DNA from: an uncultured Lachnospiraceae bacterium
GTDB taxonomy: Bacteria; Bacillota; Clostridia; Lachnospirales; Lachnospiraceae
Assembly: GCA_905236845.1 (NCBI GenBank)
Contig: CAJOQM010000040.1
Coordinates: 28,050 to 92,049, forward strand
Direction of reading: 5' to 3'
Length of the DNA stretch: 64,000 bases
The notes beneath the pieces are model-generated. The model searched no databases, was not told the DNA's origin, and worked only from the letters and a program-made list of their open reading frames with translations. Shown here piece after piece: positions 17,991 to 26,714 of this stretch. The stretch's first letter is position 1. Each line of letters opens with the position of its first letter. Position numbers and translations under genes: made by a program.

Positions 17991-20900
17991 ATGAATAACC
18001 GCATCCTAAAGCTCGCTTCCGGCGACTTCAATGCCCCAAAACCTAAAATGAGCTTAAGCACCGACAGAATAGACGAGACTATTCGGGCGGGCTTGGTTTA
18101 TGAGGGCAATTTTTCCATAGAATCCGTAAACGGTGAACTGATGGAAGGCAATGTCTATTGCGACAACCATGGTATCACCATACTTACAAACTCTTTTTCC
18201 GGTCTTCGAACCACGATTTTTTATTCAGTAGATGCAAAGAAATTTAATCCGGGAGATTATATAAAGGGCAAAATATATCTTGTATGCTCCGGGGATGAGC
18301 TTGCTATACCTGCGTCTTTTAGCATAATGGCGGATTATCCCGGCATAGGAGATACAGTTATCCGTTCGCTTTCCGAATTTTACGACCTTTGCAGGGAGGA
18401 TTACGAAAAAGCCGCCATGGTTTTCGCATCTCCTTTGTTTAACAATATATTTGCCCATGACGAGGAAGCTATAAAGCTTATATATGAAGGTATTATCCGT
18501 AACGGCGGACCTACCGGCTATGCCATGGAGGAATTCCTTATTGCCTGCGGACAGAAGGAGCGCCTTGATTTTAGGGTTTCAGAAAACGAAAGAATGATCC
18601 GGGATGTCTCATCTGTCGTGAAAGATTATTTCCTTTTGTCAAAAGACGGCAAGGGGATGTTTGAGGTTGATATCAAAGCCCGGGGTGATTTTATCCGTCC
18701 CGAGAAATCTGTTGTCACAGACAAGGATTTTGTGGGTAATCAATGCGAGGTTATGTATTTTATTGAGCCTTCAAAGCTGCATTCGGGAAGAAATATAGGG
18801 GTTGTGACCGTCAGTTCTCCGTATTTTTCTTCGGAAGTACGCATTGAGGCGTATCTTTCCCCGGAATATGAGGCTGTGCCGGAGAATGCCGGTGTGCAAA
18901 AATCCGGAAAAAGGACTGCTGCCGTAAAGAAAAAGGTATCTGTCCGTAATACCGGAAAAAAAAGAGAGCGCATAAATCTTAGCAGGCTTATTTTAAATGA
19001 GCTTACTGGAGCGGAAAGATTGGGTGATTTTAAGGAGAGAGCCCTTAATCTTTGCGATAACATACTTTCGGAAAATTCCGAAGATCCATGGTATCTTTTG
19101 ATAAAAGCGCATATTTTTGTATATGACGGCGATATAGAAGGGGCAAAGGAGCTTTTTGCTCTTGCGGATACCAGAAGACTCGGGGAAGAGCCGGATCTTA
19201 TGGCGTATTCGGATTTGGTTAAATATCTTATTTATCCTACGACAAAGCTTGCAAGGGAATTGTCTGCGGAATTGCGTGAGCTTTCATCCAAATATCCTTC
19301 GGATAGCGCTATATTGTTTTCCCGATTGCAGCTTGACAGCGAGCTTTCCCGAAACAGTGCCCGGAAGCTTGATGTGATCCGTGATGGCTTTATGAGAGGG
19401 TCGTCATCTCCTTATGTATATCTTGAAGCCTGCCTGCTTTTCCAAAAAGAGCCTTATCTTATATCGGAGCTTTCGGAATTTGAGATAACCATACTTTCCT
19501 GGGGAGCCAGATACAATCTTATAACACGTGAAATAGCAGATCAGGTGTGCCGTTTTGCGTCTGCAAGACCTGTGTCATCAAACAGTCTTATCCGGCTTTT
19601 GATGCATATTGCAGATAAATATCCCTCAAAGGAATCCATAGGAGCTTTGTGTTCATATCTTGTGGAGAATCAGTCCGCTGGACGCAAATATGCTCCGTAT
19701 TATGCAAAGGGCATTGAGATGAAGGTTCGTATACCCGGGATATACGAGCTGTATCTTTTGTCGGAAGATACAAGGAATCTTTCCGGATTTACCCATGAAA
19801 TAAAGCTTTATTTTAGATATGCCCAGAATCTTCCCAACGACAAGGCTGCCATGCTTCTGTCCCAGATAGTAAAGGATGCGGATGAAAATCCGATAATGTA
19901 TTCCCAGTATCATCCCGTGCTTGATAATTTCTGCCGTAATATGCTTAAGGACAGGTTTGTGAACGATGATATGATCGGTCTTTATGAAGATTATTTTGTG
20001 CGCAACGGCTTTGATTCCCGGGAGGCATATGAATTTGCCGATATTTTGTATATGAGGAAGCTTATATTTGAAAATCCGGCTTCCATGCCAAAGCTTGTAG
20101 CTGTAAATTCAATGTTCTCCAAAGAGGAAATCTATCTCATAGACGGACCTGTGGTGTATATACCTTTCCCCTACGGAACAAATGTGCTTCTTTATGAGGA
20201 TGCATTGGGAAGACGCCATTCTTTTAATGATGACGTTGTTTCGCAGGATCTTTTTGCTGTATATAAATACAGACAAATTATTGCGGAAAAATGCCCGGAT
20301 CACCCTTATGTTCTTTTAAACAGCTTAAAAGTCCTTGATGAGGGGGGCGGGGAGATTTCGGAAGACGATTTTGCTTCGGTTTTTGAGCTTCTAAAAAGCG
20401 GAAGATTGAGAAATTCCGCCAAAAAAGACATACTTTCGGCACTTATTGAATGTATCTTTAAAGATGGAAGTGAAAATGTGCCCCGGATGCTTTTAGAGCT
20501 TGACACAAGTATTTTGGACACATCCCAAAACAATGATATTATAGAGCTTTGTATTAAATCCGGTCTTTATGATGAGGCGTTTAATCGCATCAAAAGCTAT
20601 GGCGTTATTTTCCCTGGAGCGCAAAAGCTGCTTTCTCTTTGTGATTATGCGGCGTCCGAACGCCCCGAGGATGAATTTACCCCTTATTTGCTTGCATATA
20701 CGGTAGACGGGGGCTATTATGATGATATTATCCTTAAATATCTGATAGAGCGCTTTGAAGGCTCTGTTAATTTTCTTTTAAAATTAAGGGAATATGCAGC
20801 AGGCTTTGATATAGATCCGGGAGTTGCGGATGCAAGGCTTCTTGAATATCTTATGTATACGGGGATATATGAAGCTGCGGGAGATGAGATATTTGAAAGC

Positions 20901-21623
20901 GCTGTAAGAGCCGGTCTTAACGACAATGTAAAGCATGCTTATATGACAGTCAGATCCAAGGAATATATCTTTGAAGACGAAGAAAATGTGGATTCCGTAT
21001 TTGCCCTTATGTATGCAAAGGAAAAAGTAAATATTTTTCTTTTGAATGATATCTGCAAGATTGCCCTTTTAAAATGGCTCATAAAGAGAAAGGATTCCGC
21101 AAAGCCCGCATATATTCTTATAGATGAGCTTATGGGGTATTTCGTCCGTAAGGGCATGTTCTTTGGTTTCTATAATGAGCTTGACAGCGCCATAAAAGGC
21201 AAATACAGGCTGCAGGAAATATCCGTTATAGAGCATATTACGATTCCGGGCGAGGGAAAACCCGTGTTTAAGTATCGCTACGAAAACAAAGATTCCGAAA
21301 AGGATGCGGATACGGAATATATGTCTATGGAGATGCGGATCATGATACCGGGGCTTTATTCCGTGGCGGTGCCTCTTTTCCCCGGAGAATCCGTGCAATA
21401 TTATATAGAAAGCGTAGGAGCGGATGAAAAAGACCGGGAATTTTCCGGAAGCGGCATAATGACAAAGGAAGCTGTTTATTATTCATCAGGGCACTCCCGG
21501 TACGACCTTATGCAGAATATGATTGCCGCTCTTAGCCTTAACGAAGAGGATGCATTTCTTAAGGCATATGAAGAAAACCGTAAATATGATATATTGACAA
21601 ATGAGCTTTTCAAGCTGAAATAA
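17991..21623 (+). CDS. Large (1210 aa) cytoplasmic protein of unknown function: N-terminal beta-sandwich-like modules, basic linker, long helical-repeat (TPR-like) body, C-terminal beta module
   Basis: AGGGAGG RBS. There is no signal peptide or TM and I recognise no catalytic motif. A Lys/Arg-rich linker (KSGKRTAAVKKKVSVRNTGKKRER) is present, and composition is alpha-helical over about aa 340-1080. Confidence 0.7.
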   Translation: MNNRILKLASGDFNAPKPKMSLSTDRIDETIRAGLVYEGNFSIESVNGELMEGNVYCDNHGITILTNSFSGLRTTIFYSVDAKKFNPGDYIKGKIYLVCSGDELAIPASFSIMADYPGIGDTVIRSLSEFYDLCREDYEKAAMVFASPLFNNIFAHDEEAIKLIYEGIIRNGGPTGYAMEEFLIACGQKERLDFRVSENERMIRDVSSVVKDYFLLSKDGKGMFEVDIKARGDFIRPEKSVVTDKDFVGNQCEVMYFIEPSKLHSGRNIGVVTVSSPYFSSEVRIEAYLSPEYEAVPENAGVQKSGKRTAAVKKKVSVRNTGKKRERINLSRLILNELTGAERLGDFKERALNLCDNILSENSEDPWYLLIKAHIFVYDGDIEGAKELFALADTRRLGEEPDLMAYSDLVKYLIYPTTKLARELSAELRELSSKYPSDSAILFSRLQLDSELSRNSARKLDVIRDGFMRGSSSPYVYLEACLLFQKEPYLISELSEFEITILSWGARYNLITREIADQVCRFASARPVSSNSLIRLLMHIADKYPSKESIGALCSYLVENQSAGRKYAPYYAKGIEMKVRIPGIYELYLLSEDTRNLSGFTHEIKLYFRYAQNLPNDKAAMLLSQIVKDADENPIMYSQYHPVLDNFCRNMLKDRFVNDDMIGLYEDYFVRNGFDSREAYEFADILYMRKLIFENPASMPKLVAVNSMFSKEEIYLIDGPVVYIPFPYGTNVLLYEDALGRRHSFNDDVVSQDLFAVYKYRQIIAEKCPDHPYVLLNSLKVLDEGGGEISEDDFASVFELLKSGRLRNSAKKDILSALIECIFKDGSENVPRMLLELDTSILDTSQNNDIIELCIKSGLYDEAFNRIKSYGVIFPGAQKLLSLCDYAASERPEDEFTPYLLAYTVDGGYYDDIILKYLIERFEGSVNFLLKLREYAAGFDIDPGVADARLLEYLMYTGIYEAAGDEIFESAVRAGLNDNVKHAYMTVRSKEYIFEDEENVDSVFALMYAKEKVNIFLLNDICKIALLKWLIKRKDSAKPAYILIDELMGYFVRKGMFFGFYNELDSAIKGKYRLQEISVIEHITIPGEGKPVFKYRYENKDSEKDADTEYMSMEMRIMIPGLYSVAVPLFPGESVQYYIESVGADEKDREFSGSGIMTKEAVYYSSGHSRYDLMQNMIAALSLNEEDAFLKAYEENRKYDILTNELFKLK

Positions 21624-21641
21624 CTGCCCCGGAGGATTGAA

Positions 21642-22877
21642 GTGGCTTACGAACTGGGTATAGATCTTAATAAAAACCATGCATTGGTGTCCATAGTGCT
21701 TCCAAACGAAGAGGAGCCGGTTACATTATCCATGACGGATGAGGATGATGTTTTTGTGATACCATATAATATCTGCCGCCTTTCCGACGGAAGGTGGGAG
21801 ATAGGATACCGTGCCGCAAATGAAAAGGACAGGGCTTTGTTTTTTGCGGATGATATTTTTGAAAAAGCGCTCGCACAAAAGACAGCTTCCATAGACGGGA
21901 AGCAATATTCTTATGTTGAGCTTTTTGGAATATACATGCAGAATATTTGCTCGTTTTTGCGTGTGAAATTCGGCTTTGACATATCCGACAGGGCTGTTGT
22001 TACTGTAAAGATAGTAAATGACGGGGTGCTTAAGCTTTTCGACGAAATAAAAAGCGCCCTGCCCATACAGGAAGTCCTGGTTCGGGATTTTAAGGAAACG
22101 TTTGCTGCGTATGTTATGGCGCAATCTCCCGGAATATACAATAAAGCAGTGTTTTTGTACGAATTTAACGGAAAGGATTTGACAAATCTTATACTATCTC
22201 TTGATACATCGTTGCGTCCGAATGTCGTAAAAGTCGAAGAGGATATAGAAAAGGGCTTTGGTGAGCGGCTTTTAAATGTAAAGAAAAGCGGCACCCAGAT
22301 GGATGTGGATTTCTTAAAAATCCTTGAAGAGGATTTCACATATATGGAAGCAAGCTCTGTATTCCTTACGGGAGACGGCTTTGAGGACAACTGGGCAAAA
22401 GAATCCGTTGAGTTTATATGCAAGGGCAGGAGGGCTTTTGCAGGGCAGAATCTTTTTTCCAAAGGCGCCTGCTATCTTTGCCTTGATATTGACAACGAAA
22501 ACAAATCCTATGTATATTTGGGAGAGTCCAAGACAAAGGCAAATCTATGTATAGAGATAAACAAAAATAAAAAAGCCGAAAAACTGACCCTGCTTTCCGC
22601 CGGTGAGAACTGGTACGAAACCGGGGCTTCCTACAGGATAGTCCTGGAGGAAGGAAACGAGCTTAATGTACTTTTGATTTCCCCTGACGGGACGCAAAGC
22701 CAGGAGAGGACTCTTACGCTTTCGGGCCTGCCCGAAAGACCAAAGCGTACCGGGAGGATTAATGTCAGTGCCAGGGCGCTTTCCGAGGATATGTTTATTT
22801 TGAATATAAAAGATCTTGGATTTGGGGAAATGTATCCTGCGTCGGAAAAAGAGTGGGAATACAAAATATCGCTTTAA
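21642..22877 (+). CDS. Degenerate Hsp70/actin (ASKHA)-fold protein with C-terminal beta-rich domain, unknown function
   Basis: GGAGG RBS and GTG start. Segments are co-linear with Hsp70 NBD motifs but lack catalytic residues: LGIDLNKNHA (vs GIDLGTTNS), AVVTVKIVND (vs AVITVPAYFND), DFKETFAAYV (vs NEPTAAALAY), FLYEFNGKDLTNLILSL (vs DLGGGTFDVSIL), VFLTGDGFED (vs VLVGGSTRIP). Confidence 0.6.
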   Translation: MAYELGIDLNKNHALVSIVLPNEEEPVTLSMTDEDDVFVIPYNICRLSDGRWEIGYRAANEKDRALFFADDIFEKALAQKTASIDGKQYSYVELFGIYMQNICSFLRVKFGFDISDRAVVTVKIVNDGVLKLFDEIKSALPIQEVLVRDFKETFAAYVMAQSPGIYNKAVFLYEFNGKDLTNLILSLDTSLRPNVVKVEEDIEKGFGERLLNVKKSGTQMDVDFLKILEEDFTYMEASSVFLTGDGFEDNWAKESVEFICKGRRAFAGQNLFSKGACYLCLDIDNENKSYVYLGESKTKANLCIEINKNKKAEKLTLLSAGENWYETGASYRIVLEEGNELNVLLISPDGTQSQERTLTLSGLPERPKRTGRINVSARALSEDMFILNIKDLGFGEMYPASEKEWEYKISL

Positions 22878-22893
22878 GGAGGAGATACAAGAT

Positions 22894-23718
22894 ATGAAAC
22901 TTCCTGTGCTTTGTAAGGGAGAAATCTCCGAAAAACCGTATATATTTAAAAGCATAAGCATAAGAGTTTTTTCTCTCGAAGAAATCTGCCGTGTCTTTAT
23001 GGAGCATACATCCATGCCTCCGGAGGATTTTTACTGCGTGGAATTATGCGATTATATAAGCCTTGAATTAAAGCTGAAGGATCTTGGCGATGCACTAAAG
23101 GAAAGCCTCATGAAAAAAACCGGGGGCCAGAGCGAATTTATCGTAAGAGTACTTATGTATTCCGGATATGCCGATAATGTTGAGACAGAAAAGATCCGTA
23201 AACAGATATCAATGCTTGAAAATCTGCCGCCTCTTTTGAGGATGAAAAGCTATGCAGACAGTATGGTTTCTTCCGGAAGGCTGTATGGCGCTTTTGATAT
23301 ATATAACGAGATATTGCCGAAGATAAAGGGAAAAGATCCTGCCCTTGAAGCTTCCATATATCATAACTGCGGTGTCGTGTATGCAAAGATGTTTTTCTTT
23401 GAAGCGGCTGCTGCGCAATTTAAGGAAGCATATGTGATTTCCCGGGATGAGGAGTCCTTAAGGGCGTACAAGGCGGCGGCTTTGTTTAGCGATGATGATA
23501 CGGAAAACCTTATTAAAGAGAGGATCATAACACCCAAGGATGCTGAAGAAATCGGCAGGATAAAGGAAAAAATCCTTGAAGGAGCCGCAGGAGATGTGGG
23601 AGATATAGATTTTGCAAATGACGCAAAGAGGATCGTTAAAGAGATAAAGAAGGATTATTTAAAGAGGATAGAAAATGGGATTATTTCAGCGGATATTTGG
23701 GGGCGGCAAAGCGCATAA
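22894..23718 (+). CDS. TPR-like helical protein of unknown function (274 aa)
   Basis: An AAGGAGGAG RBS lies 10 nt before the ATG at 22894. The ORF-track start at 22816 lies inside the upstream gene. TPR-like pairs occur around GRLYGAFDIYNEIL..EASIYHNCGVVYAKMFFFEAAAAQFKEAY. Confidence 0.6.
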   Translation: MKLPVLCKGEISEKPYIFKSISIRVFSLEEICRVFMEHTSMPPEDFYCVELCDYISLELKLKDLGDALKESLMKKTGGQSEFIVRVLMYSGYADNVETEKIRKQISMLENLPPLLRMKSYADSMVSSGRLYGAFDIYNEILPKIKGKDPALEASIYHNCGVVYAKMFFFEAAAAQFKEAYVISRDEESLRAYKAAALFSDDDTENLIKERIITPKDAEEIGRIKEKILEGAAGDVGDIDFANDAKRIVKEIKKDYLKRIENGIISADIWGRQSA

Positions 23719-24892
23719 AAAACCTGAGAGCGCACCTTTCCCCGAAGAAGAGATTTTTTACAACAAAAGAGATATTCCTCCCCGGGGAGCCATAGATATA
23801 TCCGCTTTCGAAAATATTGATTCGAGGCAGGAGATAATATCCTGCTGCGAACGCATTATGGCTCACTCTGCCACCATGAAGGACGAAAAGAATGAGTATG
23901 ACGTCGTAACGGGGTATCTGAACGATTCAAAACTTCTTGAGGAGATTCCGAAGGAGGAGCGAAGCGAGATAGACGCTACTGCATCAAGGATTCTTGAAAT
24001 ATCAAAACAAAGGGAGGGCATCCTTAACCAAAAGCAGCGCCTTCCCGAGGACAGGATAAATGATTTTGATGCGGCATTCGAGGATATTCCCTCACAGATA
24101 AACAATTTGCGTAACAATGAGGCGTATCAGTCTGTTGTAAAGCGTGACATGGAATATCTCGAAGGGGAAAAGGCGGCCTGGGCTGCTGATCTTCGAAGGA
24201 TAAAGCATGAAAACTCTCTTTTTGCAAAGATTGCCATTGCTGCGGCTGTTCTTTACGGTATATGGACCATAGCAAGTGTTTTTATAAAGATGCGCCTTGA
24301 TATTGACCTTACGGTCGTAAATATTATTGTAAGCGTGGTTGTGGTAGCTGTTGCTTTCGGGTCATTTATAAGGCTGTATTCAAACAGGCGGGGGAACCGT
24401 TATGCGGAAGCTGCCCTCAACAAGTCTGTTGTCATGCAAAACAGGATGAAGACAAAATATGTATCCGTTACAAATGCCGTAGATTATGTTTATGACAGAT
24501 ACGGGGTGCATTCGTCGTACGAGCTTAATTACCTCTGGGAGCAATACCTTTTGGCAAAAAAGGAGAGGGAAGCTGCCGCAAGAGCAGGAGACGAGCTTGA
24601 TTACCAAAAGCGTATCCTTGTGCGCCAGCTTCTTAAATTTGAACTTTCCGACCCCAGTATCTGGGTTAATCAATGCAGGGCGCTCATTGACCCCAGGGAG
24701 ATGGTAGAGGTCCGCCACAGGATGATAGAATCCCGCCAGAAGATAAGGGCGAGAATGTCTTCTGAGCTTGATGAGATCAAAAACGAAAGAAAAGATCTTG
24801 ATCTTTTGCTTTCTTCGGGGCACAAGTTTCCTCCCGAGATAAATCAGGTAATTGATGCCATAGACAGATTTATAGAAAGTCTTGAGCAATAG
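23675..24892 (+). CDS. Two-TM membrane protein with long cytoplasmic coiled-coil regions, unknown function
   Basis: An AGAGGA RBS precedes the ATG at 23675, which overlaps the upstream gene by 44 nt. The N-terminus is MGLFQRIFGGGK. Two adjacent hydrophobic helices (IAIAAAVLYGIWTIASVFI and VVNIIVSVVVVAVAFGSFI) are flanked by heptad-rich charged segments. Confidence 0.6.
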   Translation: MGLFQRIFGGGKAHKKPESAPFPEEEIFYNKRDIPPRGAIDISAFENIDSRQEIISCCERIMAHSATMKDEKNEYDVVTGYLNDSKLLEEIPKEERSEIDATASRILEISKQREGILNQKQRLPEDRINDFDAAFEDIPSQINNLRNNEAYQSVVKRDMEYLEGEKAAWAADLRRIKHENSLFAKIAIAAAVLYGIWTIASVFIKMRLDIDLTVVNIIVSVVVVAVAFGSFIRLYSNRRGNRYAEAALNKSVVMQNRMKTKYVSVTNAVDYVYDRYGVHSSYELNYLWEQYLLAKKEREAAARAGDELDYQKRILVRQLLKFELSDPSIWVNQCRALIDPREMVEVRHRMIESRQKIRARMSSELDEIKNERKDLDLLLSSGHKFPPEINQVIDAIDRFIESLEQ

Positions 24893-24901
24893 GAGAGTTT
24901 T

Positions 24902-26089
24902 ATGTTAGAAGGAAAAACAGTTATTTTGGGCGTAAGCGGAAGTATCGCCGCTTATAAAACCGCATATCTTGCCAGCGCTTTGGTCAAATTACACGCTGAT
25001 GTTCATGTGATCATGACAAAAAACGCCGAAAATTTTATTAATCCCATTACTTTTGAGACGCTTACTGGAAATAAATGCCTTACAGACACATTTGACAGGG
25101 ATTTTGAATTTGACGTAAAGCATGTGTCATTGGGGCAAAAGGCGGATATAATGATTATAGCTCCCGCAAGCGCAAATGTCATAGGAAAGATGGCGCACGG
25201 AATAGCGGATGATATGCTGACTACCACTGTTTTATCCGCAACCTGCCCTATTTATGTCTCTCCTGCCATGAATACAAAAATGTATGAAAAGGCAATCGTG
25301 CAGGAAAACCTGCAAAAATTAAAAGAAAATAAAATTAATGTAATAGAGCCTGCGTCCGGCTATCTTGCCTGCGGTGATACGGGGAAAGGCAAGATGCCCG
25401 AGCCTGATATTCTTAAAGAATACATACTTATGGAAATAGGAGCGGATAAAGACCTTGCGGGAAAGAATATCCTTATAAGCGCAGGTCCTACCCGGGAAGC
25501 AGTAGATCCCGTCCGGTTTATATCAAACCATTCAACGGGCAAGATGGGCTATGCTTTATCGCATGAAGCTGCCATGAGAGGGGCGAATGTTACTCTTGTT
25601 ACGGGACCTGTTTCCTTTGAGCCGCCTATCGGCATAGAGGTTATTAATGTAACTTCCGCTAAGGAAATGCATGACGGCTTGATGGATACCTATGACAAGG
25701 CGGATGCTGTCATAATGGCAGCTGCCGTAGCAGACTACAGGCCAAAGACCGTTTCTTCGGAGAAAATAAAGAAATCAGACGACAGCGCTGCTATAGAGCT
25801 TGAGCGCACAGACGATATCCTTATGGAAATGGGGCAGAAGAAGATGCATCAGATTCTTTGCGGATTTTCCATGGAAACGGAAAATGTCATTGAAAATTCC
25901 AGAGGGAAGCTTGAAAAGAAGAACCTTGATATGATAGTGGTAAACAACCTTCGCACAGAAGGGGCCGGCTTTGGCACCGATACAAATGTGGTCACGATCA
26001 TTGATAAAAACGGGGAAAATCCCCTTCCTAAAGCATCAAAACACGAAGTTTCAAAAAAAGTACTTGACCGCATTGCCCAAATGTTGTAA
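24902..26089 (+). CDS. coaBC: Bifunctional phosphopantothenoylcysteine decarboxylase / phosphopantothenate-cysteine ligase
   Basis: The N-terminal flavoprotein has ILGVSGSIAAYK and PAMN. The CoaB part has ISAGPTREAVDPVRFISNHSTGKMG and AAAVADYRP. Confidence 0.93.
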   Translation: MLEGKTVILGVSGSIAAYKTAYLASALVKLHADVHVIMTKNAENFINPITFETLTGNKCLTDTFDRDFEFDVKHVSLGQKADIMIIAPASANVIGKMAHGIADDMLTTTVLSATCPIYVSPAMNTKMYEKAIVQENLQKLKENKINVIEPASGYLACGDTGKGKMPEPDILKEYILMEIGADKDLAGKNILISAGPTREAVDPVRFISNHSTGKMGYALSHEAAMRGANVTLVTGPVSFEPPIGIEVINVTSAKEMHDGLMDTYDKADAVIMAAAVADYRPKTVSSEKIKKSDDSAAIELERTDDILMEMGQKKMHQILCGFSMETENVIENSRGKLEKKNLDMIVVNNLRTEGAGFGTDTNVVTIIDKNGENPLPKASKHEVSKKVLDRIAQML

Positions 26090-26148
26090 AATAGCCGTCG
26101 GCTGTTCAAACAGCCGTAACTAAATACCAGGCCGATTGGTATTTAAAT

Positions 26149-26222
26149 CGGGGTGTGGCGTAGTTTGGTAGCGCGCTTGACTGGGGGTCAAGAGGTCGTG
26201 GGTTCAAATCCCGTCACCCCGA
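26149..26222 (+). tRNA. tRNA-Pro (anticodon GGG)
   Basis: Manual cloverleaf: acceptor CGGGGTG/CACCCCG, D arm GCGT-AGTTTGGTA-GCGC, anticodon arm CTTGA-CTGGGGG-TCAAG (G37), T arm GTGGG-TTCAAAT-CCCGT. No encoded CCA. Confidence 0.88.
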
Positions 26223-26258
26223 TTGTTTTATTTAAAGCAGTCCTTTTGGGCGGCTTTT

Positions 26259-26714
26259 TCAGTTATCATCCGGAAGACCGTTTTCGGAGATTTCTTCGAG
26301 ATTTTCGCTTATTAGGGACAGGGCATCCTGCATGATGTGCCTGTCTTTTTCGGATAAGCCTTCTCCCGCCAGAACTAGAGCAAGACTTGCACGCTTGTTT
26401 ATCTGGGATGCTGTGTTTTTGCCTTCTTCCGTAAGCAATATGGGAGCCCGGTATGCTCCCTTTGGGTACGGCTTTATAAAGCCTTTTTTCTGAAGGGTGG
26501 AGATTGCCCTTGATACATCGGCCTTGTCCCTTGCGCAGGCTTTTGCAAGCATGGCGGCTGTCATTTCATCTTCGGAATTTGACAATGTAACGAAATAAAG
26601 GGCATAGGAACCCTTAAGCCCGTGCTTTTTCATTTCCTCTGAAGCAAGCTTTCTCCAGTAATGGGTGATTTTAAAAATTGCCGATGAGAACCGTTCGAAT
26701 CTGTCTGTTTTCAT
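26259..26714 (-). CDS. MarR family transcriptional regulator
   Basis: 151 aa. The winged-helix core is MTAAMLAKACARDKADVSRAISTLQKKGFI..TEEG. ATGA overlap with the upstream degV-like stop. Confidence 0.85.
   Translation of the reverse strand: MKTDRFERFSSAIFKITHYWRKLASEEMKKHGLKGSYALYFVTLSNSEDEMTAAMLAKACARDKADVSRAISTLQKKGFIKPYPKGAYRAPILLTEEGKNTASQINKRASLALVLAGEGLSEKDRHIMQDALSLISENLEEISENGLPDDN

Noticed and set aside
17863-26222. Genomic island bounded by tRNA-Thr and tRNA-Pro
   Set aside because: The interval ends with the essential coaBC gene, which is coupled to the unknown operon. Composition resembles the flanks. There is no integrase and no repeat of a tRNA 3' end.
26153-26335. 60-aa + strand ORF overlapping tRNA-Pro
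   Set aside because: It is translated straight through the tRNA sequence and into the antisense of marR, so it is spurious.
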